From contig CATNEN010000038.1 in assembly GCA_950097015.1 (NCBI GenBank), forward strand, positions 24,862,001 to 24,926,000: a stretch of DNA of 64,000 nucleotides. Direction: 5' to 3'. The position numbers were made by a program, and so were the translations under genes. Under the pieces are notes generated by a model. The model made no database searches. It was not told the DNA's origin and saw only the letters and a program-made list of their open reading frames with translations. The DNA comes from Macrostomum hystrix (taxonomy: Eukaryota > Animalia > Platyhelminthes). The first letter of the stretch is position 1. Each line of letters opens with the position of its first letter. Of this stretch, positions 40,801 to 54,314 are shown piece after piece.

Positions 40801-43800
40801 CAAAGAATGTTACACTCAAAGGGTGTTAGTCTCAAAGGGTGTTAGACTCAAAGAATGTTAGACTCAAAGGGTGTTAGACTCAAAGAATGTTAGACTCAAA
40901 GAATGTTAGACTCAAAGAATGTTAGACTCAAATAATGTTAGACTCAAAGGGTGTTAGACTCAAAGAATGTTAGACTCAAAGAATGTTAGACTCAAAGAAT
41001 GTTAGACTCAAAGAATGTTAGACTCAAAGAATGTTAGACTCAAAGAATGTTAGACTCAAAGGGTGTTAGACTCAAAGAATGTTAGACTCAAAGAGTGTTA
41101 GACTCAAAGAATGTTAGACTCAAAGAGTGTTAGACTCAAAGAATGTTAGACTCAAAGAATGTTAGACTCAAAGAATGTTAGACTCAAAGAATGTTAGACT
41201 CAAAGAATGTTAGACTCAAAGAATGTTAGACTCAAAGAATGTTAGACTCAAAGGGTGTTAGACTCAAAGAATGTTAGACTCAAAGAGTGTTAGACTCAAA
41301 GAATGTTAGACTCAAAGAGTGTTAGACTCAAAGAATGTTAGACTCAAAGAATGTTAGACTCAAAGAATGTTAGACTCAAAGGGTGTTAGACTCAAAGAAT
41401 GTTAGACTCAAAGAGTGTTAGACTCAAAGAATGTTAGACTCAAAGAGTGTTAGACTCAAAGAATGTTAGACTCAAAGAGTGTTACACTCAAATAATGTTA
41501 GACTCAAAAAATGTTAGACTCAAAGAATGTTAGACTCGAATACTGTAAAACCCAAAGTCTGTTAGACTCAGAGGGTACTAAAGGGTGTTAGATTTAAAGG
41601 GTAGACTCAAATAATGTTAGACAGGAAGGCTGTGAGACACGAAAGCTGTTAGACAGGAAAGCTGTTATACTCAAATTGTGTTAGACTTAAAATGTGTTTA
41701 ACTCACTAGACTAGAAGTGTGCTGTGTGCGAAACTCAACGCTTGAATTTCCGCAGGCAAGCCCTGATGCAATACGAGCAGATTTGGGATCGCCGATTTCG
41801 TAGAATTTTCTGCTGCCTCCCCGAAGCCGAAGACGGTGCTGCCGAGGGCGCATTTGCCGACGTTGCCCGTCTGTTCTCGGACTTCTTTCGCGACCTAGAC
41901 GTGGTTCCGTCTGATGTTGTAGCCGGCCTAATGCTGCTGAGGCGTTGCCAAAAAGTTATGGCTAAAGAGACGCTTAAAGTGAGTCCCGGACTCGAACTCG
42001 TGACCATATAGGCAGAGTTGGACGACCAACTGTCACTTGTTCTACCCGATTTTCAGGACCATACAAAGAATGTACTGCGATTCATGTCCGGTCGGCCAGT
42101 CTACGCTGCCACTCGATTCTTAGATCTGTCTCAGGCTAAAGAGCTGGCAAATTTTCGCTTAGCTTTGAGGTGTATGAAATACGCACTAGCCGCTTACGGC
42201 TGTCCCATGCTGGCTTACACTGGCCGAGTCTGCTGCCTGCTGTGCGATCTAAATATGTGCTGCTGCGGTGGGTAAGTTTCTTGGCACTTTTACTTTTTAT
42301 AGTTTACACATTTTTCAACACATATCGCTCTTTCAACACACCAACTTATTTCAAATAACATTCCAATATTTTTTCAGCTAGCCGATATATTAAAAAAGAT
42401 GCAATATTTTCGATACATATTGGCTATAGCTTGGGTTTAACTTTTTAAAAGATAGTCACAAAAAATAATATAATAGTAATTGATTTCACCTGCCCCAATC
42501 AGCCATATGTGCAGCCGACAGCACAGTCGCAGCTATTGCTGCCTTCAAGTCGTGAGTCTGACACTCTAACCACTTAGGCTTAAGCCTGCTAGACTCATTG
42601 AATAGTTGCTTGACTGTCTATAGCAAGACCGTATTTATTAATCTTGTGCTGATGCAATTACGTCTATTTTCTTTGTAACTTTACAGTTATCATGATCAGT
42701 CGGCATCTAGAGATCAGCAAGCTGCTCAATTTGACTGTAACAGTGAAGATGATGTTAGCGACTACTCAAACTGTTGTTTAAGCTCAAGTTTTATGCCTAG
42801 CCGCCTATTCGGTTGTCGATCATATCGTCCCGAAGCTAGCATTGAAGCACTATTGAAGCATCGTGGCATTAGCAATGATCAATTTCGTCTGCTATACCTC
42901 TGTCAAGAGCTGGGAATTGAGCGCACGCCTTTCTACGTTGGAACTGATTACTGTTTGCGTAGTGTAATTGTCGCAATTAGGGGCACTCTGTCTCTGCAGG
43001 ATGTGCTGACAGATTTGACTGCCGACTCTGAGACTATTCCTAGGGTGCACAATAATAGTACAAACTGCGACGATGAAGAATGGTACGGTCACCGAGGCAT
43101 GGTTCGAGCGGCAATTTATATCCAGGTATATAAAATTAGTATATTAGACTAGCAATAAATACCCCCCTATATCTAAAACGGGACCCCTAATAATATTAAT
43201 AATAATAATGGCTGGAGGGCTGCGGGCAATGGCACATCATTTGGTGACAGTAGACCCGCAGCCAGCGAGGAGGCAATTCTCCCCATTTCGCTGACTTCTT
43301 AGCACACTTACAGTACGCAGGCACACGCTCACACGTGTGTGTACATCGTCAGGCAGTGTACACTCTCACTGGGCCTTGGATGTTGGCCCTTAAAGGTGTA
43401 AATTGCACGACAAGCCCCCAAGCCTTCTCTCCGCGGCTGCACCACAATTTAATATGGCCTCGCCGCGGAATCGAGCTCAGTGACCTTGGTGCGATAGGCA
43501 AATGTGTTAACCGCTCTGCCACGCTCCCCCAACTGAACCCCTAGTTGCTAAAATCAACAAATGCTTTAATTGCGTCATTTGTTCCCCCGCCTTTTACTAT
43601 TGAACTATTGAATTTCCAGTCGACCCTAGCCAAGCGTCGCCTAATTGAGCAGGCTTTTGAAGAAGATGGTTGCGAAAAGTTTCAACTCCTACTCACTGGC
43701 CACAGCCTTGGCGCCGGTATTGCCGCCATACTAGGCGTACTATTGCGGCCAATCTATGGCGAGCGTCTGCGCGTCATGGCGTTCAGTCCGCCCGGTGGCC

Positions 43801-45706
43801 TGTTGTCTCTAAGCGCCTGTCTCTACTCTAAGGAATTTGTTACAGCCGTTGTAGTTGGCAAAGATGTCATACCGCGTGTCGGCCTGCCGCAATTGGAGTC
43901 ATTGCGTGCTAGTCTAGTCAGACTTATTAGCGGATGTAAGAGGCCTAAATGGTCAATCATTGGCTCTGGTTTGTTTGTCTGCTGCTGCTGCTGTTGCTGC
44001 AGGCGAGGCGGTTGCAAATTTGGCATCTGTCAATCAGAGCATTGTGACAATGATTTGATCAACTATGCTTCAAATGCTGACAGTGTTACCGTAGCAACGC
44101 CGGCAGTTGTAGCAGCTGAGACTGCCTTGATGCATCGGCCGTTGCATTTGCCCGGTAGAATATTGCATCTGGTGCGAGAGGAGAAAATTGAAGAGGCCGA
44201 ATATGACAATGGGACTAGTATTAAAGATAGATTGCGTTTGGCTTCGAGAAGATTAGCGTTTCGAGTGATCGAATCGGACTACACCGATTTTGATGAGGTA
44301 ATGACAGTCTATTTTTTGAGTCGTAAATAAAATTAAATCTAATGATCGCTTAGCACGAAACCTTGAGAACTTATTAAAATAACCAATATTAACCTGAAGT
44401 GATTATGAACATTGGAGTATAATGACCTGGGAAATAAATGACCGTGGGAATATAATGACCTTGGAAATATAATGACCTTGGGTTTATAATGACCTTGGGA
44501 ATATAATGACCTTGGGAATGTAATGACCTTGGGAATGTAATGACCTTGGGAATTTAATGACCTTCGGAATATAATGACCTTGAAAATGAAATGACCTCGT
44601 GAATACAGTGAAACTACAATCGACCTTACGAATTAAATTCTATTACCAATCATCCGTCTTGTCTACAGGTTCTAGTCTCGCCGTCGATGCTACAAGATCA
44701 CATGGCCGATTACGTACTGGACGCTTTGCAGTCGGTAGCTTCAAAATTTGACACAGCCAATAGCGACAGCAATGCGGCAGACTATTATCTGCTGCCTGAG
44801 GATTGTGCCATTGCGACTTCGTCTGAACTTATGTCCGAATCATTGATTGTACCTTGCACCGTGGAGACGGTATCAGAGATTGCACCATCGAGACAGCAAA
44901 CAGTTGTTAGCTTTCGAACTAGACGAACGCCTAGATCGCATACTCTGCCAACTAGATTAACGCCGTCCGACCTACCTATGCTAGCTAAAGGGCCGATGGA
45001 TTCTAGGTTGGTTTCCATGGCAACGGGTCAGGTTAAGCAAACGGCTCCCCTAGCAACGCCTGAGTCGCTGTCTTTAGCTTCGTCTCGTATATTATTATCG
45101 TCCCATTTATCAGTAGACAATATGGCGGACAATCATGACGATGTTGATGACGATGCCGACGGTATCGACATTCTCGATGGCGTTAAAGATTCTGACACAC
45201 TATTCGGCATGCCACCATTGCGACATCAGCTACAGAGGCCGTTATCTTTGCACGAAAACCTATCCGGCTATTGTTATTATCTGTTTCCTGACGAGGAGAG
45301 TGGCAAACAGAGGCCGTTCGATGATATTATGCCTAGGCCTAGGATTGATTTTGGTCGAATTGCACACGCTGTTGGCGATAGACAGCGACTGTTGCTTCAG
45401 CAGCAGCAGCAGCAGCAGCAGCAGTCCCAGATAATTCAGTCTTCTCTGCCTCACAGTGTCTCGTCTTGCGAAACACTAATACCTCCGCAGACAATGATTG
45501 AACAGCAACAATTGACAGAAGAATCTGTATTTGTTGTATCAGCCATGGTTGCTAATGGCAACGATGCAAACGAGGCCGTTTTGCGGGACGGCGTCGACTC
45601 GATTGAAAGAACTCCGCAATTATTAGTGAGATCAACAGTTCTGATTGGCGGCAAAGCTGATGGGGCTACAAGTCCGTTGGCTGATCGACGAGTTGACTAT
45701 GTTTGA
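34813..45706 (+). CDS. DAGLA: sn1-specific diacylglycerol lipase alpha-like (~1128 aa, 9 exons)
   Basis: Phase-consistent exons: 34813-34907, 35954-36321, 38369-38479, 39860-40079, 41756-41978, 42057-42271, 42687-43125, 43620-44297, 44669-45706 (3387 nt). Motifs: MPGLVLFKRRWSIGSDD, FDRAGRSWVK, FFRDLDVVPSDVVAGL, IRGTLS, GHSLG, FSPPGG, VGKDVIPR, SPSMLQDHM, plus a long C-tail. Confidence 0.95.
34945..35829. repeat. Intronic minisatellite, 19-bp unit GATGTCTACAGAATATAGG
   Basis: Read directly. Confidence 0.97.
36365..37305. repeat. Intronic minisatellite, 18-bp unit ATCCCATCAGCTTCCATT
   Basis: Read directly. Source of the YPISFH ORFs. Confidence 0.96.
37828..38062 (+). mobile_element. SINE family A, 5'-truncated
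   Basis: CORE-like block and 3' stem match the other family A copies. Confidence 0.82.
38870..39625. repeat. Intronic minisatellite, 22-bp unit CCTGAAGGACACAGTATATAAA with ~20-bp variants
   Basis: Read directly. Confidence 0.96.
40125..41540. repeat. Intronic minisatellite, 16-bp unit TCAAAGAATGTTAGAC
   Basis: About 88 copies, with a decaying tail to ~41690. Confidence 0.98.
42483..42585 (-). mobile_element. SINE family A, internally deleted
   Basis: 3' stem (GCAGCCGACAGCACAGTCGCAGCTATTGC) joined directly to the tRNA-like head. Confidence 0.65.
43205..43528 (-). mobile_element. tRNA-derived SINE family B
   Basis: Homologous to 9600-9893, with an (AAT)n run at the tail side. Confidence 0.8.
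44420..44600. repeat. Intronic minisatellite, 17-bp unit AATGACCTTGGGAATAT
   Basis: About 10 degenerate copies. Confidence 0.85.
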
Positions 45707-45724
45707 CTGCTTATGTCTTAGGTA

Positions 45725-46168
45725 CTGAGATACTGAATTCCTAGTATATCAAGTCCTAGTAGACTAGATACTGAATTCCTAGTAGACTAGATACTGAAGT
45801 CCTAGTAGATTAGATACTGAAGTCCTAGTAGATTAGATACTGAAGTCCTAGTAGATTAGATACTGAAGTCCTAGTAGATTAGATACTGAAGTCCTAGTAG
45901 ATTAGATACTGAAGTCCTAGTAGATTAGATACTGAAGTCCTAGTAGATTAGATACTGAAGTCCTAGTAGATTAGATACTGAAGTCCTAGTAGACTAGATA
46001 CTGAAGTCCTAGTAGATTAGATACTAAAGTCCTAGTAGATTAGATACTGAAGTCCTAGTAGATTAGATACTGAAGTCCTAGTAGATTAGATACTGAAGTC
46101 CTAGTAGATTAGATACTGAAGTCCTAGTAGATTAGATACTGAAGTCCTAGTATATTAGATACTAAAGT
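45725..46168. repeat. Minisatellite just after the DAGLA stop codon, 23-bp unit TAGATACTGAAGTCCTAGTAGAT
   Basis: Read directly. Confidence 0.96.
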
Positions 46169-47829
46169 TGATAAGTTAAGTTTTATGAACCATGTGAATA
46201 TACATTTTTACATAGTTTTAGCATATTTTTGGATTTATATAATTTCTCCTCGAAGAGCTAGCTGGTTTCATAAAATCTAGTCAACGAATTCATATTTTTA
46301 AGCGTATTGTACGTCGCTTTAAAAAGATGTGATTTTTCGCAGTTATTTTCAATTTTCTTTTAGCTTCAGTTTTGAAACAAAATTCGGCAAATCGACTTAC
46401 CAAACATATATTAGTTGCAACCAGTGATTTATATAAATATGCTATATTTTGCTTCGTAGTTATTTGCTTTCTCTAAGAGTTCTACGACAAAATGTTTATT
46501 TTTAGATATTTTTCACTCTTAAATGCATACACGTTTTTGATTTATTAGCCTGAAAAAATAGTTTTCAGTCCATCAATATCAGAAATGTTAAATTAAATAA
46601 ACTATTTAAATTTTATTGATGGCTTTTAACAGTAGATTGGATTGTTTAAAAACTGATTTGAATGAAAAATGTAATTGTGTAGGTAAATGCTTAGGCTCAG
46701 TTTCAAATAAAAACGAGAAATCCGATATGTTGTGAAATGTGTATAAGCCGGGTTCCAATACTAAGGTAATTTAGTTTTCTGTTCCTAAAGTGGGGACGAA
46801 AATGTGTCCCTTTCGAGCTGTGGTCGTTACAAAAAAACTAGATACAATTCGTTACAATCGTTACACTCGTTAGACTCGTTACAATCGTTCTAAAAATTAT
46901 ATCCGATATGTATCGAAATAGTTATAATTATGGAGATTGAAGTTAGAGTGCATTTAAGGTAGATTGATAAATAAAAAATCACACTTATCTAAAATGAACC
47001 ACGTGTAGAGACTTAAAAACTTGTGCTGCTTTAGGTCGAATCTATATTAGGCCACAAGTTGCATAAAAATATCCGATATGTATAGAAATTTTTGTAAATC
47101 CCGTGTTAAATATTAGGAGTCAGGCAAATTTTTCTTCGATTCAGTGTAGCATCAGTCTTATTTTATGGCTGCACGAAACTAAGGTAAACAATACCTAAAT
47201 CATGACAAATATTTTAAATAGTCCGTTTAGATTAGACAAAAACCCGATTACAACTATTAGTAGGATTCAAATTCGCGTAGTAAATTTTTTTCGTAGCAAG
47301 CAGTATTTTTTTTGCTTCTACTCTCTATATTTTTTCAGTAGTATAATGCGCATATCTAAAATGTAAACTGACACTATTTTCGTGGAAACACATTAAAATG
47401 TTTGCGATTTTCAACGTCAATTGCGTCTTCCAACTAGCCTTGAAAAGCGTAGATATTTAGTTTTGTATTTTTTAGTCTAGTTTCAAGTCTAGTCTAGCTT
47501 CTATGCATCTTGTATTTCTTACTGCGTCTAATTAAGTGACACAAATTACACAATTCTACACTATTTTCACAGCTCTTTAACGCTTTATAATTGACCAGAT
47601 ATTATTTAAACGTTGTCATTTTATACAGTTTAGTAGTTGTAAAATCAATTATTAGACAAATTTTCTTTCATGTAAAATATAAATATATTCACTAATATAT
47701 ATATTTTTAGATTTTTATACTAATTTCTACACTATTTCATAGTTTTTGACATGTGACTTCAGTCTATTTTTATTTTCAATTTTTATTAGAGACTGCTTCA
47801 CAAGTCCCCTCTCATAATACGTAAAGCAC

Positions 47830-49148
47830 TTATTAGACATTCCATTAATTAGACAGTCCACTAATTAGGCAATCCACTTTTTAGATAATCCACTAATTAG
47901 ACAATCCACTAATTAGGCAATCCACTTATTAGATAATCCACTAATTAGACAATCCACTAATTAGACAGTCCACTAATTAGACAGTCCACTAATTAGACAA
48001 TCAACTAATTAGACATTCCACTAATTAGACATTCCACTAATTAGGCATTCCACTAATTAGACATTCCACTAATTAGACATTCCACTAATTAGACAGTCCA
48101 CTAATTAGGCAATCCACTTATTAGATAATCCACTAATTAGACAATCCACTAATTAGGCAATCCACTTATTAGACAATCCACTAATTAGACAATCCACTTA
48201 TTAGATAATCCACTAATTAGACAATCCACTAATTAGACAATCCACTAATTAGGCAATCCACTTATTAGATAATCCACTAATTAGACAATCCACTAATTAG
48301 ACAGTCCACTAATTAGACAATCTACCAATTAGGCAATCCACTTATTAGACAATCCACTCATTAGACAATCCACTCATTAGACATTCCACTAATTAGACAA
48401 TCTACCAATTAGGCAATCCACTTATTAGACAATCCACTCATTAGACAATCCACTCATTAGACAGTCCACTCATTAGACAGTCCACTAATTAAACAATCCA
48501 GTAATTAGACAATCTACCAATTAGGCGATCCACTTATTAGACAATCAACTAATTAGACAATCCACTCATTAGGCAATCCACTTATTAGACAATCCACTAA
48601 TTAGACAGTCCACTAATTAAACAATCCACTAATTAGACAATCCACTAATAAAACAATCCACTCATTAGACAATCCACTCATTAGACAATCCACTCATTAG
48701 ACAGTCCACTCATTTGTCAATCCACTCATTAGACAATCCACTCATTAGACAATCCACTCATTAGACAATCCACTCATTAGACAATCCACTCATTAGACAA
48801 TCCACTCATTAGACAGTCCACTCATTAGACAGTCCACTCATTTGTCAATCCACTCATTAGACAATCCACTCATTAGACAATCCACTCATTAGACAATCCA
48901 CTCATTAGACAATCCACTCATTAGACAATCCACTCATTAGACAGTCCACTCATTAGACAGTCCACTAATTAAACAATCCACTAATTAGACAATCCACTAA
49001 TTAGACAATCCACTCATTTGTCAATCCACTAATTAGACAATCCACTAATTAGACAATCCACTCATTTGTCAATCCACTCATTAGACAATCCACTTATTTC
49101 ACACTCCACTAATTCGAAATTCTAATAATTAGGCAATCCACTAATTAG
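47830..49148. repeat. Minisatellite, 16-bp unit ATTAGACAATCCACT(A/C)
   Basis: About 80 copies ending ~55 nt before the acceptor of kinase A. Confidence 0.97.
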
Positions 49149-49223
49149 AAAATGTTTCCACAATCCCATCCATTATCGAACCAATTTTTGACCTTATTTT
49201 CAGCTCTTCTATCTGTGCTAGCA

Positions 49224-51917
49224 ATGCCCGCCGAACAGGAAGTGGAGGCTGCTTGCTGCTCACAGAGCATTGCCAAACGACTTTCTCCTCTTCGCCTTCT
49301 CGACTTCGAAGTTGTTAGCTCTGTCAATTCTTCGGCTAATACGGCACTGTCTGGTTGTCATGACAACGTGCAGTTGATTCGAAGACAATCAGACAAGAAA
49401 CTGCTAGTATGGAAGCGAATTCACTACGGCGATATGGACGAGGCGGAACTGAAAATGTTGCTGTCCGAGTTGATGGTTATTCGACAGATCAAACACGCTA
49501 ATATTGTGGAATATATTGGCCGAATTGTTGACGACACTAATCAGGATGTGTACATTGTCACGGAGTATTGCTCCAATGGTGACTTGGCTGGCGTTATTAG
49601 AAAACATATTCGTGAAGGGTTAGTACATTGTTAGCTGTTATTATTTATCCTGTAAATTCATGCCCGATATGTATCGAAAAAGTTTAATTGTCACAAGTAA
49701 ATACTTGAATACTTGTAAAGTTATAATGAATGATTCTAAAATTTTTGAATTTTAGAATATAATTTTAGGAGAACTACGAGTACGACTACTAGGAGTTAGT
49801 AGGAATTAGACTTCTTAGACCTTCATAGTCGATATGTATCGAAAAATTTCTGTTGGAACAGAACTTTCAACAGCCGATATGTATCGAAATATATTTATGC
49901 TTATACCAGACTTTCTACAGCCGATATGTATCAAAAAACATATTTATGCTGCTACCAGACTGTATAAAGCTGACACGCATTAAGAATATTTCTGCTCATA
50001 CCAGATTTTTTAGCCGATATGTATCGAAAAACCTATATTGCGTCATCCAGAATTAGCATCCCGGAGCCGCAGATCTGGAAGTGGGTGACTCAGCTGTCGC
50101 TGGCGCTCCGCTGCTGCCACTGCCGTCAGGGCGTGAAGGCGGTGCTGCACCGGGACCTGAAGCCGGCCAACTGTTTCCTGGACTCGGCTGGCAACCTGAA
50201 GCTGGGCGACTTCGGCCTGGCTCGAGTGCTGCGGGACAGCGCCAGCTTCGCCAGCACCTTCGTTGGCACGCCCTACTACATGAGCCCGGAGCAGATGCAG
50301 AAGAGTGCCTACACTGAGAAGTCGGACATCTGGTCTCTGGGCATTGTGGCCTACGAGCTGGCCTGCCTGCGGCCTCCGTTTGTGGCCGACAGACAGCGGG
50401 ACCTGGCCAGCAGGATTCGGCGAGGCGAGTTCGAACCACCGCCCGACAGGTTTGAGTTCTGACTTATTAAAAATTAAGGCCGCTAGTTTTTCTTGTTGTA
50501 GTCTAATGATGGGTAATAGTAAAAATCCTCATATTGAGTAGTTATCCCCACCGGATCCTCAAATCCCCATAATGAACAGTTATTCCCCCAGATCATCAAA
50601 TCCTTATTGTGATTAATAATTCCCCAAGGTCCTCAAATCCCATGATGAGCAGTCATTTTCCCTTATCCTCAAATCCCATGATGAGCAGTCATTTTCCCTT
50701 ATCCTCAAATCCCATGATGAGCAGTCATTTTCCCTTATCCTCAAATCCCATGATGAGCAGTCATTTTCCCTTATCCTCAAATCCCATGATGAGCAGTCAT
50801 TTTCCGTTATCCTCAAATCCCATGATGAGCAGTCATTTTCCCTTATCCTCAAATCCCATGATGAGCAGTCATTTTCCCTTATCCTCAAATCCCATGATGA
50901 GCAGTCATTTTCCCTTATCCTCAAATCCCATGATGGGCAGTCATTTTCCCTTATCCTCAAATCCCATGATGAGCAGTCATTTTCCCTTATCCTCAAATCC
51001 CCTGAGTAGTCATCAGCTCATAGATCCTGAAATCTCTATTATGAGTAGTCATGAGCTCCAAGATCCTCTCCTTTACTCCTTCACCAGGTAGATTTTTTCT
51101 TTACCTAAATTTCAGCTACAGCCCGGCTCTCAGATCTCTCATAGCCGACTGTCTCACCGTAGACGCCGATCAACGGCCCACCGTTGACGATCTGCTTCGC
51201 AGGCCGGAGATGCGAGCTCAGCTAGGACCAGACGACGCCCCGGAGGCTAGCTTGCGTCGTTGGACCGATCAGCTGCGCGAATTCGCCGACCTCCTGTCAG
51301 CCTGGCAGGATTCCCTAGGCAGGGAGGAGTTCGAGCTTCGACGCCAGGAGGCTTCGTTGGCGGCCGCCGCCGCGGCTAGACAGATGGAGCTGGAGAGGCG
51401 AGAGGCGAAGCTCAACCGGCTGGCCAGACAGGTTGATGATCGAATTAAACAGCTGGCCGAACTGCAGGATTGGCTGAAACAGACTGGCCTATCAGCTGCC
51501 GCAGCCGCCGTCGCAGCCGGCACCACAGTCCGCAGCGAGGCGTCGTGCTCATCGACGCCAGACTCTCGTACTGTTCTTCAAGAAAATCCGATTTCAAATT
51601 TCGCGTCAGTTAATTCTACAATTGAGTGCAGAAGAAATTCTGACAGTAACAATCATACAACTGATGCCACTAATCACATTAGAGACTATTGTTTCGTGGC
51701 CGAATTTGAGGACACACTGCCTGTGCCGTCGATATCGTTGGCGTCGCCTTCGATAATTACCGAAGTATCGGCGACGTCTAATATCAACGCGCTGGTTGAG
51801 GATGATCTAATGCCGAAGAGCCGGCATCATCAGCCGGCACCAACGCCTCCTGTGCCCCTGCCGCGACGGTCTGTGATGCAGCGGGCCAACTTTCAGCTAG
51901 CTAGCAACACCAATTGA
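49224..51917 (+). CDS. NEK2/NIMA-like Ser/Thr kinase, copy A (~531 aa) with a non-canonical Gly-rich loop
   Basis: Exons 49224-49618, 50051-50449 and 51116-51917 (1596 nt). Motifs LLVWK, SEL, HANIV, EYCSNGDL, HRDLKPAN, DFG, TFVGTPYYMSPE and SDIWSLG, then a coiled coil. Confidence 0.88.
50625..51005. repeat. Intronic minisatellite, 36-bp unit TCCTCAAATCCCATGATGAGCAGTCATTTTCCCTTA
   Basis: About 10 copies. The same unit occurs at 55545-55705. Confidence 0.96.
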
Positions 51918-52044
51918 AAACAGGTTCATGTACTTTAGCTATCTTTACGCTAAAATGAACGTGTTTTGTTGGTGTTTGTTGTCACGCCTCAATGTTGCGC
52001 TGATTTAGGCCTTGAAATATGGCTAGATGCTAGCCTTTTAGGTT

Positions 52045-52930
52045 TCAGTTTATGGGGCTTGAGTTATCCAGTTTATCAGAACTCAAATGCTTACAGTTTA
52101 TGGGGCTTGAGTTATCCAGTTTATCAGAACTCAAATGCTTACAGTTTATGGGGCTTGAGTTATCCAGTTTATCAGAACTCAAATGCTTACAGTTTATGGG
52201 GCTTGAGTTATCCAGTTTATCAGAACTCAAATGCTCACAGTTTATGGGGCTTGAGTTATCCAGTTTATCAGAACTCAAATGCTTACAGTTTATGGGGCTT
52301 GAGTTATTCAGTTTATCAGATCTCAAATGCTTACAGTTTATAGGGCTTGAGTTATCCAGTTTATCAGATCTCAAATGCTTACAGTTTATGGGGCTTGAGT
52401 TATCCAGTTTATCAGATCTCAAATGCTTACAGTTTATGGGGCTTGAGTTATCCAGTTTATCAGAACTCAAATGCTCACAGTTTATGGGGCTTGAGTTATC
52501 CAGTTTATCAGAACTAAAATACTCACAGTTTATGGGGCTTGAGTTATCCAGTTTATCAGAACTCAAATACTCACAGTTTATGGGGCGTGAGTTATCCAGT
52601 TTATCAGAACTCAAATGCTCACAGTTTATGGGGCTTGAGTTATCCAGTTTATCAGAACTAAAATACTCACAGTTTATGGGGCTTGAGTTATCCAGTTTAT
52701 CAGAACTCAAATACTCACAGTTTATGGGGCGTGAGTTATCCAGTTTATCAGAACTCAAATGCTCACAGTTTATGGGGCTTGAGTTATCCAGTTTATCAGA
52801 ACTCAAATGCTCACAGTTTATGGGGCTTGAGTTATCCAGTTTATCGGAACTCAAATGCTTACAGTTTATGGGGCTTGAGTTATCCAGTTTATCAGAACTC
52901 AAATGCTTACAGTTTATGGGGCTTGAGTTA
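52045..52930. repeat. Minisatellite, 48-bp unit CAGTTTATGGGGCTTGAGTTATCCAGTTTATCAGAACTCAAATGCTTA
   Basis: About 18 copies. Confidence 0.97.
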
Positions 52931-53679
52931 TTGGCTTGATTTGTATTGTTTGTTAGTCATTCGCTAAGAAGTTCTTAATTAAATTTTTTTTTAAAATTGC
53001 ATTTGTTATCGTAAATTAACAATTTTAGTAATTCAATTGAAATCATGACCTGTTAAACTTTGTCTTGTAATTATGGTTTAATAATGGTGCGTAGCAACTA
53101 TATTTATTATTTTTATTATAGCTTTGCTTGTTGTCACATTGTTGTGCTGCTGCATTTTTTTGTTTAACCTTCGCAATACTTTCGTATTATCTGTATTTAT
53201 TCCCAACAGTTTATTATTTCTATTTGTTTATTAAATTAAGTTTAGTTTAAAAAATTCACGTGCTATTTTATACTAGTCTCTTTAAACTGCGTGCTCTGCA
53301 TTTGTACGTTGAAAAAAAACTTTTTGTCATTCTAACAGCGATTTGTTATATAAATTGGTGTCGGCCACCTGGAATGAATTTTACTGGCACTTTTCGTGCT
53401 GCAAAGAAATTCATATTTTAAAGTCTGGTGCAAATAAAAACGTGTTTTAATAATATTTTTCCAGCTAAAAAAGGTTGTTTATAAAGCATCAATTTTTACT
53501 TTTTATGCTACTGAACCAATCTTAGTTGACAGGATTTTAGGCTAGTTGCTATAGAATCACAACAGCCGTGTGACTGTTTGGTTATTTATAAAGAGTTAAT
53601 TACATAAATTAGTTCATTCGAAGACGAGTAATAAATTTCATTTTAAGGTCTGTGATATAGTTTTTTTGGTCAGTACTAT

Positions 53680-54178
53680 ATAGTTCATTTGAAAATAAAT
53701 ACAAAAGTTTATTTGAAGGTCAGTTCTATACTTCATTTGAAGGTCAATATTAAAGAGCATTGAAAGTCAATACATAAGTTCATTTGAAGGTCAATACTAA
53801 AGAGCATTGATGGTCAATAGTAAAGTTCATTTGAAGGTCAATACTAAAGAGCATTGATGGTCAATAGTAAAGTTCATTTGAAGGTCAGTACTATAGTTCA
53901 TTTTAATGTCAATAGTAAAGAGCATTGAAGGACAAAACAAAAGTTCATTTGAAGGTCACTTCTATAGTTCATTTGAAGGTCAATACTAAAGAGCATTTGA
54001 AGGTCAGTACTATAGTTCATTTGATGGTCAATACTAAAGTTCATTTGAAGGTCAGTACTATAGTTCATTTGATGTCAATAGTATAGAGCATTGAAGGTCA
54101 ATACGAAAGTTCATTTGAAGGTCAAGACAAAATCTGATTGAATGTCAGTACTACTGAATTGATTGATGGTCAGTACTA
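53680..54178. repeat. Degenerate minisatellite, ~24-bp unit GTTCATTTGAAGGTCA(A/G)TACTA(A/T)A
   Basis: Read directly. Ends ~70 nt before the acceptor of kinase B. Confidence 0.9.
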
Positions 54179-54314
54179 TTTTCAGTTTAAAAAACAGTAC
54201 TGAAATTAAGGTACTTTTTAATTATCTTAATTTTCATTCACTGTTTTCAGATAATCATAACTCTCGGACCAGTCTGCCAGGGCATCCAGTTAGTTAATCG
54301 TCACCGATTGACAC

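Noticed and set aside
49827-50030. Conserved palindromic repeats with variable intervening sequence, superficially CRISPR-like
   Set aside because: The 'spacers' are mutually similar (degenerate ~46-bp tandem unit), the context is a eukaryotic intron, and there are no cas genes.
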